From assembly GCF_947500605.1 (NCBI RefSeq), contig NZ_CANMSJ010000003.1:331816-395815 (forward strand): DNA of 64,000 nt, given 5' to 3'. Origin of the DNA: an uncultured Lacinutrix sp. Lineage in GTDB: Bacteria; Bacteroidota; Bacteroidia; Flavobacteriales; Flavobacteriaceae. Position numbers and translations under genes: made by a program. Under the pieces are notes generated by a model. That model ran no database searches. It had not been told where the DNA came from and worked only from the letters and a program-made list of their open reading frames with translations. This document shows, piece by piece, positions 10,429 to 18,345 of the stretch. Positions within the stretch are counted from its first letter, which is position 1, and every line of letters starts with the position of its first letter.

Positions 10429-10788
10429 ATGGCGCAACACAACGAATTAGGAAAAAAGGGGGAGCAACTTGCTGTAGATTTCTTGTTGAAAAAAGGCTAC
10501 GAAATTCTAGAGAGAAACTATACATTTCAGAAAGCCGAAGTTGATATTATTGCAAAAATAAAAGACACATTAGCTATTGTTGAGGTAAAAACGCGCTCAA
10601 CAATAGAATTTGGTAATCCTCAAGATTTTTTAAAACCAAAACAAATTCAACGTTTGGTAAATGCGGCAGATGAGTTTGTAACCGTAAATAAATTAGATGT
10701 AGAAGTGCGTTTTGATATTATTGCTATTGTAAAAGAGAATAAAGAATTTAAGATTGAGCATTTAGAAGATGCTTTTTATCACTTTTAA
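10429..10788 (+). CDS. YraN/UPF0102 family nuclease-like protein
   Basis: GKKGEQLA..L..KGY.ILERN, EVDII, VEVKTR, RFDII. Confidence 0.92.
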   Translation: MAQHNELGKKGEQLAVDFLLKKGYEILERNYTFQKAEVDIIAKIKDTLAIVEVKTRSTIEFGNPQDFLKPKQIQRLVNAADEFVTVNKLDVEVRFDIIAIVKENKEFKIEHLEDAFYHF

Positions 10789-10806
10789 TACGTGGCAATT
10801 TTAAAT

Positions 10807-10841
10807 AAAAAAAGCTTCAACTTTATGTTGAAGCTTTTTTT
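10807..10841. terminator. Bidirectional intrinsic terminator
   Basis: A-tract-gcttcaac-tttat-gttgaagc-T tract between convergent genes. Confidence 0.88.
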
Positions 10842-10860
10842 ATATTATAAATCTTAGAAA

Positions 10861-11388
10861 CTATGCTTTAGCTTCTTTAGTGCAACAAGCTTTTTTACAA
10901 TCTTTAGCACAAGCTACTTTTTCACCTTCTGTTTTGTTTTTACAACAGTCTTTTTTACAGTCTGCAGTGCATGCCTTTTTCTCTTCTTTAGAAAAAAATT
11001 CAACAGTATTCATATCTTTTACTTTGTAAGTGTCAGATACGCTAGTAACTGTGTTTTCTAAACTTACAGGTGTTACTTTAGCTTCGTCGTATTCTACCAT
11101 AGCTAATTGTCTATCGAAATCTACAGTGGCAGATTTTACACCTTCCATTTTAGCCATCTTTTTCTCGATAGTTTTTGCACATCCCATTGCGCAAGTCATG
11201 CCTTCAATTTTAAATTCTGCTTTAGCATAAGTAGCATTTGGATCTAATTCTGCTTTTGTAGCTTTAACTTCTGTTTCAGCAGTTTCAGTAGTTTCAACCG
11301 TTTTAACTTCTGGTTGTGCTTCGTTTTTACAACTAAATGCTGCAATTGTAATGATAGCAATTACTAATATGTTTTTTAAATTTTTCAT
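10861..11388 (-). CDS. Heavy-metal-associated (HMA) domain lipoprotein with Cys-rich tail
   Basis: Lipobox AFSC; IEGMTCAMGC HMA motif; C-terminal ACxxDCKKxCC twice. Confidence 0.88.
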   Translation of the reverse strand: MKNLKNILVIAIITIAAFSCKNEAQPEVKTVETTETAETEVKATKAELDPNATYAKAEFKIEGMTCAMGCAKTIEKKMAKMEGVKSATVDFDRQLAMVEYDEAKVTPVSLENTVTSVSDTYKVKDMNTVEFFSKEEKKACTADCKKDCCKNKTEGEKVACAKDCKKACCTKEAKA

Positions 11389-11414
11389 GAGTTTGTTTTT
11401 ATTGTTTATTAATT

Positions 11415-11474
11415 GTCACATGCTGCTTACTATTAATAATTTCTTTAACGATAGAATTTTTAACAGCTCGTTTC
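11415..11474 (-). promoter_or_regulatory. Candidate structured cis-regulatory leader, copy A
   Basis: GAAACGAGCTGTT..AGCAGCATGTGAC; second copy at 62566-62622; lies between a TAATTTTG promoter element (11510-11517) and the ATG. Confidence 0.6.
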
Positions 11475-11583
11475 ATGAGTATCGATTTTTATTATTCTGT
11501 TATCAATTACAAAATTAACAATTATATCTATTTATTGCGTTAAAAATTAGATTTTTGCATAAGCTAATAAACGCCTTATTTAT

Positions 11584-12474
11584 ATGAAACTATCGAAATG
11601 GACTTACCTCATTATATTGTCTGTTATTTGGGGAACAAGTTTTATACTTATAAAAAAAGCGTTAATAGGTTTAGATCCTTATCAATTAGGAGCTTTAAGA
11701 ACAGTTTTAACAGGTTTGTTTTTATTTATTGTAGGTTTTAAAACCATAAAGACCATAAAAAAAGCAGACTGGAAATGGATAGTAATTTCGGGTTTCTTAG
11801 GTTCCTTTATTCCTGCTTTCTTTTTTGCAATTGCCGAAACGGAAATAGATAGCGCTGTAGTTTCTGTATTAAATTCTTTAGTACCATTAAATACTATTTT
11901 AATGGGAATGGCTGTTTTTAAGATTACCTCTACAAAGCGACAGGTATTTGGTGTTGTAATTGGTTTTATTGGTACGGCTTTGTTAATATTAAAAGGTGCC
12001 GAATTAAATCCACATCAAAATTATTTATTTGCAGGTTTTATAATTGCTTCAACATTAATGTATGCTGCTAACGTAAATATTATAAAACGTTATTTACAAG
12101 ATGTAAAGCCATTAACGATTGCTGTTGGAAACTATGTACCTATTGTAATTCCTGGACTTATAGTTTTGTTTTTTACGGGATTCTTTTCTGCTGAAGCATT
12201 TAGTCAACCGGAATTTAGGATGTCTATTTTATATGTTGCTATTTTATCTTTATTTGGTACTGCTATTGCTAAGGTGTTGTTTTTTAAACTTGTTCAAATG
12301 TCGACTCCTGTATTTGCATCTTCGGTAACTTATATAATGCCAATTGTCGCTTTAACTTGGGGATTGCTAGATGGAGAATCTTTTAGTATTATACAAATTG
12401 TTGCTTCTGCTATTATATTAATTGGAGTGTATTTGGCTAATAAAAAGAAGCAACAAATTAAATCTAAATATTAA
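11584..12474 (+). CDS. DMT/EamA family transporter
   Basis: ~10 TM helices, IWGTSF start, two EamA repeats. Confidence 0.9.
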   Translation: MKLSKWTYLIILSVIWGTSFILIKKALIGLDPYQLGALRTVLTGLFLFIVGFKTIKTIKKADWKWIVISGFLGSFIPAFFFAIAETEIDSAVVSVLNSLVPLNTILMGMAVFKITSTKRQVFGVVIGFIGTALLILKGAELNPHQNYLFAGFIIASTLMYAANVNIIKRYLQDVKPLTIAVGNYVPIVIPGLIVLFFTGFFSAEAFSQPEFRMSILYVAILSLFGTAIAKVLFFKLVQMSTPVFASSVTYIMPIVALTWGLLDGESFSIIQIVASAIILIGVYLANKKKQQIKSKY

Positions 12475-12476
12475 GC

Positions 12477-12510
12477 AAAAAAAATCTGAAGCCTTTCGAC
12501 TTCAGATTTT
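12477..12510. terminator. Intrinsic terminator between convergent genes
   Basis: aaaatctgaag-cctttcga-cttcagatttt. Confidence 0.8.
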
Positions 12511-12536
12511 AATAAAGATATTAAATAGCTTTTTAC

Positions 12537-14624
12537 TTATTCAAAGTCAGCTGTTGTTAAAGGCTCATTTACTTTAATTGTAGTTACTTTAAGCTCTACA
12601 TTTTGTCCTCCCATTGGTACAGAAGTTACGTGTGGAAATTTAATACCACTTACTTCTTTATAGTCACCAAAAGTTCTTTCTTGAGTAATTTCTTGTCCTC
12701 CTGGACCTTTTCCTTTAGAAACACTTTTTATTTTTAAACCAGAAGTTACATCGTAATAATTTTTAGTAGATTCTCCATCTTTATCTTCAATTACTAAAAC
12801 ATAAGCATCGTTACCATCTACAGTTTCAATTGAATCTAAAGATACTTTTAATGAAGAATTAGCCATTAAACCTAATTCATCAAATAATGCTGTTTTAGCC
12901 TTAGATTTAGCGATAGCTTCAGCAGGCATAGGTTGTTTGTTTCCCATTTGTGCCATGTAACCAGTTTCACCATTAAAAGCTTGTTTAAAAACAGATCCCA
13001 TTCCAATAATGCTAACATCTGTAGACATAAGGTTTGGGCTTTTTTGCTTAAGAGTCATTGCCATATTTTGTCCTTGAAAAGAAGCACTCATTTCTTGAAC
13101 TAAAGTAGTTACATTTTGTAATGTAGTTTCACCACCAATAGCTTTTATATAACCGTCTACTACAGTTTGAGCTGTTACTCCTGCAGGAATAGGCTTAGAG
13201 AAAACTGGCTTTGATACAGAGTTTGCAAAAGCATCAAAATATTTAACAGGAATTCCTGTTTTTTCTAAGTTAGAAACGACTTCGCTACCTTTTCCTACTA
13301 CTATTACTCTTGCGTTTTGCTCAGTAAAGTATTTGTTTGCAACACGTTGTACATCATCTGCTGTTACCGCATTGATTTTTGTTAAGTACGTTTTGTAAAA
13401 ATCACTAGGTAAATTATTTAACTTAATGTTTAAAGCATATCTAGCAATTGTAGAAGGCTGTTCTAAAGCCAATACAAAATCACCAACGTATTTTGCTTTA
13501 GCATTTCTTAAATCTTCAGCAGAAACTTTTTCAGTTTTAATTCTTTTAATTTCTTTTAAAGATTCTACAACAGCACTATCTGTAACTGCATTTCTAACTT
13601 GTGCTCCAGCTGTAAAACGGGCAGCTCCATAACGGTCTGTTCCTACACTAGAACGTGCACCATAAGTATAACCATGCGCCTCACGTAAGTTCATGTTTAA
13701 GTAAGAGTTAAAACCACCACCTAAAATTTTGTTTGCAATTAAAACAGCATGATAGTCTGGATCACCCATTTCTAATTTTACATTGCTAGTTACAGATATA
13801 TTAGACTGTACGGCATTTGGCATATCTACAAAGTTAATTTCTGTAGCGTTTACGTTTATGTATGGTTGTGGGATGTTTTTAGTAACATCGATACCTTTAT
13901 CCCATTTTTTGAAGAATTTTTTAACCTGCTTTTCTACGGTTTTAAAATCTACATCACCAACAATTACTAAGTATGCATTGTTAGGGTTAAAGTTTTCTTG
14001 ATAGTAAGCACGAACATTATCTAATGTAATGTTATTTAAAGACTCCTCTGTAATAAACTCACCATAAGGATGTTTTTTACCAAAAGATAAAGCACCACCT
14101 ACACGAGAAGCTACTGCATCTACACTTTTTGCGCTAGATTTTAAGCCTTCGATAGCTTTTTCTTTTTCTTTTTGAAACTCTTCTTCAGTTAATAAAGGGT
14201 TCATTGTAGCATCTGCCATTAATTCTAATATTCTTTCAGAATACTTTGTTAATGAGCTACCAAATGCACTACTAGATCCAAAGCTTAAACTTGCTCCAAG
14301 GAAATCGATCTCTTCATTAAATTGATCTTTAGAAATAGAAGTTGTTCCATTACCTAACATAGATCCAAGTATACCAGAAACACCTGCTATTTTACCTTCA
14401 ACTTTTGGTTGGTTATCTATTCTTAAAGAATAAGATACTCTTGGTAACTTGTGGTTTTCTACTACTAATACTTTAAGTCCGTTTTTAAGTTCAAATTCTC
14501 CAGGAACTTCCAATGTAATTGTTGGCGCTGGACCTGGTTTTGGTTGCACAGATCTATCTATTTGAGCAGTAGCCGAAAAGGATAGTAAAAACAGTGCTAT
14601 AATTGCTGTTATTTTTGTTTTCAT
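12537..14624 (-). CDS. M16 peptidase family protein, non-catalytic subunit with extra C-terminal domain
   Basis: LKNGLKV, LREAHGYTYGARS; lacks HxxEH; likely ATG at 14624. Confidence 0.88.
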   Translation of the reverse strand: MKTKITAIIALFLLSFSATAQIDRSVQPKPGPAPTITLEVPGEFELKNGLKVLVVENHKLPRVSYSLRIDNQPKVEGKIAGVSGILGSMLGNGTTSISKDQFNEEIDFLGASLSFGSSSAFGSSLTKYSERILELMADATMNPLLTEEEFQKEKEKAIEGLKSSAKSVDAVASRVGGALSFGKKHPYGEFITEESLNNITLDNVRAYYQENFNPNNAYLVIVGDVDFKTVEKQVKKFFKKWDKGIDVTKNIPQPYINVNATEINFVDMPNAVQSNISVTSNVKLEMGDPDYHAVLIANKILGGGFNSYLNMNLREAHGYTYGARSSVGTDRYGAARFTAGAQVRNAVTDSAVVESLKEIKRIKTEKVSAEDLRNAKAKYVGDFVLALEQPSTIARYALNIKLNNLPSDFYKTYLTKINAVTADDVQRVANKYFTEQNARVIVVGKGSEVVSNLEKTGIPVKYFDAFANSVSKPVFSKPIPAGVTAQTVVDGYIKAIGGETTLQNVTTLVQEMSASFQGQNMAMTLKQKSPNLMSTDVSIIGMGSVFKQAFNGETGYMAQMGNKQPMPAEAIAKSKAKTALFDELGLMANSSLKVSLDSIETVDGNDAYVLVIEDKDGESTKNYYDVTSGLKIKSVSKGKGPGGQEITQERTFGDYKEVSGIKFPHVTSVPMGGQNVELKVTTIKVNEPLTTADFE

Positions 14625-14727
14625 TTGTCTTATTTGTTTTTTATAATTTGTCAAATGATGTTTTTAACTTTTTAGTATTCTTATTTAAATTAAGAACATT
14701 CACTTGTCTTGTTATTTTTCTAAGATA

Positions 14728-16050
14728 TTATTCTTCTTCTTTAGCTACTGGTAAATACTCTAAAACCACACGTTGATTTGGGTTTAAGTATTTTTTAGCA
14801 ACCGCTTGTATTTCTTCTCTAGTAATAGATCTGTAGATATTAATTTCGTTATTAATTAAATTAACATCATCAAATAACATGTAGTAACGTGCTAAAGAAT
14901 TTGCAATACCAGAAACGCTAGAGTTAGAGCTAACAAAATCGTTTTCAAATTGGTTTTGAAGTTTTTGATAATCTCTTTCAGACATTAATTCATTTTGAAC
15001 TTTTACTAATTCTTCGTCTATTTCTGCTAATAAGCTTTCTAAAGAATTATCTCCTAAAGGTAAGCCGTATAAAATGTACGTTCCGTAATCTTCTTGACTT
15101 TGGTTAAAAGCACCAACTTGAAGTGCCATTTTCTTATCGTCAACAAGTTTTTTGTATAATTTTGAAGTTTTACCAGAACTTAAATAGCTAGATAACATAT
15201 CTAAAACATAAGCATCTCTCTCTGTCATTGCAGGAGTTCTATAAGCCGCCATAATTGCTGGAATCTGGATATTAGAATCGTAAGCTTTAGCTTTAATAGT
15301 TTCTGTAATTGGATCTTCTTTTGGGAAGTTTCTAACAATATCTTCTCCTCTTGGAATAGGTCCAAAATAATCTTCAATCATTTTTTTAGTTGCAGGAACA
15401 TCTATATCTCCAGCAACAACTAAAACAGCATTGTTAGGTACGTAGAACTTTTTGTTAAAAGCTTGAAACTCTTCTAAAGAAGCAGCATCTAAGTGTGCCA
15501 TTTTACCAATTGTTGTTCCTTTATATGGGTGTTTTTTAAAGATATTAAGTTTAATTTCTTCAATAAATTTACCATAAGGCGCATTATCAACACGTAAACG
15601 TTTCTCTTCTTTTACAACTTCGTTTTGTGTGTCTACACCAATTTGATTAATAATTGGGTGCATTAAACGCTCAGATTCCATCCATAAACCTAATTCAAGA
15701 CTGTTAGATGGGAATACTTCGTAATAATATGTTCTATCGTCTGTTGTGTTGGCATTATTACTTCCTCCGTTAGAAGTTACAATTTTAAACCATTCACCAC
15801 GCTCAATGTTTTCTGTACCTTCAAATAAAAGGTGTTCAAAAAAGTGAGCCATACCTGTACGGTCTGGTTGTTCATCTTTAGCACCTACATGATACATTAC
15901 AGAGGTTGTTACTACTGGAGCAGTGTTGTCTTGATGTAAAATAACGTGCATGCCGTTACTTAAATCATACTCTTCAAATTTAACTTCTTGTGCATTAGCT
16001 GCAAATCCAGCCAAGAGCAAAGCTGCTAATGAGAATAAATTTTTTTTCAT
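14728..16050 (-). CDS. M16 (pitrilysin-family) zinc peptidase, catalytic subunit
   Basis: Inverted zinc motif HFFEH; signal peptide. Confidence 0.93.
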   Translation of the reverse strand: MKKNLFSLAALLLAGFAANAQEVKFEEYDLSNGMHVILHQDNTAPVVTTSVMYHVGAKDEQPDRTGMAHFFEHLLFEGTENIERGEWFKIVTSNGGSNNANTTDDRTYYYEVFPSNSLELGLWMESERLMHPIINQIGVDTQNEVVKEEKRLRVDNAPYGKFIEEIKLNIFKKHPYKGTTIGKMAHLDAASLEEFQAFNKKFYVPNNAVLVVAGDIDVPATKKMIEDYFGPIPRGEDIVRNFPKEDPITETIKAKAYDSNIQIPAIMAAYRTPAMTERDAYVLDMLSSYLSSGKTSKLYKKLVDDKKMALQVGAFNQSQEDYGTYILYGLPLGDNSLESLLAEIDEELVKVQNELMSERDYQKLQNQFENDFVSSNSSVSGIANSLARYYMLFDDVNLINNEINIYRSITREEIQAVAKKYLNPNQRVVLEYLPVAKEEE

Positions 16051-16488
16051 TGTGTTGTGAGTTAATTAGTATTAATTGCGGTATAAGTCTATAACTTATA
16101 TAATTTGTTACAGATTCAGAACAAATTTACTAATAGATGAACGGAATGTTTAGGATATGTTAAAAAATTTAACATTGAATTGTCACTTTTTTAATCTTTT
16201 TTTTGCAAAATTAATATGAATTACTAATGATTATTAACATTATAGAGCAATTTGATATAACAAGTACATTTAAATTATAACTTTGTTAATAGCATTTTAA
16301 TATGTGTTTTTTGTAAGATTTCTTTTAAATTTTACAGCTTTTTTGTAAGATGTTGACTTTTAATGCTTAAAATATTAGTAATCATAGGTGAAAACGTTTG
16401 CAAATTAATTTTTTAGAAGTATATTTGCATCCGCTTTCTGAGAGGAAAGTAGATATATTTAATAACAAATTAATAAAAACGTTACGCT

Positions 16489-17139
16489 ATGTACGCAATT
16501 GTAGAGATAGCAGGGCATCAATTTAAAGTTGAAAAAGACCAAAAAGTTTTTGTTAACCGTTTAGCATCAGAAGAAGGAGAGACTATGTCTTTCGATAATG
16601 TTCTTTTAATTGCAGATGGTGACAATGTTACTTTAGGCGCCCCAGCTATAGATGGAGCACAAGTAAGTGTGAAAGTCTTAAAGCACCTTCAAGGTGATAA
16701 AGTTATTGTTTTCAAGAAGAAAAGAAGAAAAGGTTACCGTGTTAAAAATGGTCACAGACAAGCCTTAACTGAAATCGTTATTGAGAGCATTGTAGCTTCA
16801 GGAGCTAAGCCAGCAAAAAAGGCTGCTCCAAAAAAAGAAACTAAGAAAGTAGAAGCGAAAGCTGCTGCTCCTAAGGCTTCAAAATCAACAGGAAAAGCTG
16901 ATGATTTAAAGAAAGTTGAAGGTATTGGTCCAAAAATTGCTTCGACATTAGCTGAAGCAGGAATCTCAACTTTTGCTGAATTAGCAAAAACAGATGCGGC
17001 TAAAATTTCTGAAATCATTGCAGGTGTTCGTGGTAACCACGTAACTGATACTTGGCCAGCACAAGCTCAAATGGCTGCTGATGGTAAGTGGGATGAGTTA
17101 AAGAAATGGCAAGACGAATTAGATGGTGGTAAAGCTTAA
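16489..17139 (+). CDS. rplU: 50S ribosomal protein L21 with C-terminal HhH extension
   Basis: MYAIVEIAGHQFKV..KKKRRKGY..GHRQ; Ala/Lys linker then DDLKKVEGIGPKI. Confidence 0.97.
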   Translation: MYAIVEIAGHQFKVEKDQKVFVNRLASEEGETMSFDNVLLIADGDNVTLGAPAIDGAQVSVKVLKHLQGDKVIVFKKKRRKGYRVKNGHRQALTEIVIESIVASGAKPAKKAAPKKETKKVEAKAAAPKASKSTGKADDLKKVEGIGPKIASTLAEAGISTFAELAKTDAAKISEIIAGVRGNHVTDTWPAQAQMAADGKWDELKKWQDELDGGKA

Positions 17140-17181
17140 TTGCTAAACTACTTAAGTATAACAAAATAAAACCTTAAGACA

Positions 17182-17442
17182 ATGGCTCATAAAAAAGGAG
17201 TTGGTAGTTCGAAGAATGGTAGAGAATCAGAATCAAAACGTTTAGGCGTTAAGATATTTGGTGGACAAGCTGCTATTGCTGGAAATATCATATTAAGACA
17301 AAGAGGTAATACGCATCACCCAGCTGAGAACGTATACCAAGGAAAAGATCATACTTTACATGCTAGAGTAGATGGTTTAGTAAAATTCACAAAGAAAAAA
17401 GATAACAGATCTTACGTTTCTATCGAGCCTTTCGAGGCTTAG
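17182..17442 (+). CDS. rpmA: 50S ribosomal protein L27
   Basis: [24 protein letters not shown]. Confidence 0.98.
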   Translation: MAHKKGVGSSKNGRESESKRLGVKIFGGQAAIAGNIILRQRGNTHHPAENVYQGKDHTLHARVDGLVKFTKKKDNRSYVSIEPFEA

Positions 17443-17463
17443 GAATTTTAAATCCTAAAATAT

Positions 17464-17499
17464 AAAAACGCCTTTCTATATAGAGAGGCGTTTTTTTTT
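17464..17499. terminator. Bidirectional intrinsic terminator
   Basis: aaaaacgcctttcta-ta-tagagaggcgttttttttt. Confidence 0.88.
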
Positions 17500-17500
17500 G

Positions 17501-17965
17501 TTACTTTTTTAAAATATCATTTATAATCTTTAAATGGTGATTTGTATGTAATACTAAAAAGTGAGGCACTCTTTTCTTGTTAATGTGTCCAAATAGTGGG
17601 TGTTTAAAGTAAGCGTTCTTGTTTAAACTGTTTATGGATTCTATATTAGTTTTAACCTGTTGTACTTGTTTGTTGAGGTCTTCTTTTAAAATAATTTCTG
17701 GCGGCTTTACATGTTTTGGAGCTTTTGCTTTTCCTCTTGGAAAGAAGCCTAGTGTAAAGAATACTTTACCTAAAAAACTGAAGTTGTTTTTAAAGGTGTC
17801 AGGATCCGAGTTTTGAAGTGCAATGATTACATTATTAACTACCTTAAGACTATGGTCTATGTGCCAAGCAATATCGCTTTTAGATACTTTAGGTTTTGAA
17901 AGGTTGTGATTTTCTATATGGGATTCTAATGTATTAATGACAGAGTTGATTTTATCTAAAGACAT
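17501..17965 (-). CDS. DinB-like / DUF1569 family protein
   Basis: WHIDH, HPLFG, HTNHHL motifs. Confidence 0.75.
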   Translation of the reverse strand: MSLDKINSVINTLESHIENHNLSKPKVSKSDIAWHIDHSLKVVNNVIIALQNSDPDTFKNNFSFLGKVFFTLGFFPRGKAKAPKHVKPPEIILKEDLNKQVQQVKTNIESINSLNKNAYFKHPLFGHINKKRVPHFLVLHTNHHLKIINDILKK

Positions 17966-18096
17966 AAAGTTGTTATTTGTTAAGGTGAAGGTAATTATTT
18001 AAAAGCTAAAATAAACAAAGTGCATTTTTGTAAGTGATAATAAAACTAAAAAGGTGGTCTCTAATTTCTCTTAATAAAGACTTAAGATGATTGGCC

Positions 18097-18196
18097 TGCA
18101 ATAGCGATTGATGCGGCATCCTTTTTTGAGGCACGAAAAAAAGATATAGTGGAAAGCGCGGTTGGTTTTGGTTTTTCTGCCAAAAGCAAATTGCCC
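18097..18196. repeat. Dispersed ~100-nt structured element, Flavo-1-like, copy 1
   Basis: tgcaatagcgattgatgcggcatcc-T6..A7-gatatagtggaaagcgcgg-hairpin-gccc; related copies at 26975 and 51273. Confidence 0.7.
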
Positions 18197-18198
18197 AA

Positions 18199-18242
18199 CT
18201 TCTCGATACATCACGATAAAAATCGATACACGCGAAGTGATA
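18199..18242 (-). repeat. REP-like element (GTCACTTCGAGTG..GTATCGAGAAG family)
   Basis: cttctcgatac..cacgcgaagtgata; same family as 32519-32630. Confidence 0.65.
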
Positions 18243-18244
18243 AT

Positions 18245-18277
18245 AAAAAAATCCCAAACACGAATGCTTGGGACTTT
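18245..18277 (-). terminator. Intrinsic terminator for ahcY
   Basis: A6-tcccaa-acacgaatgc-ttggga. Confidence 0.65.
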
Positions 18278-18301
18278 AGTATAATTTAGTTTCAATTAAT
18301 A

Positions 18302-18337
18302 AGATTGCCATGTCGCTAAAAAGCTCCTCGCAATGAT
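18302..18337 (-). repeat. REP-like element (GTCATTGCGAGGAGC..GGCAATCT family)
   Basis: Reverse complement reads atcattgcgaggagctttttagcgacatggcaatct. Confidence 0.65.
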
Positions 18338-18345
18338 ATTTCTGA

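Noticed and set aside
18006-18295. ORFs 18006..18257 and 18071..18295
   Set aside because: They run across the Flavo-1-like element, a REP and a terminator and have no protein-like features; they are repeat-derived open frames
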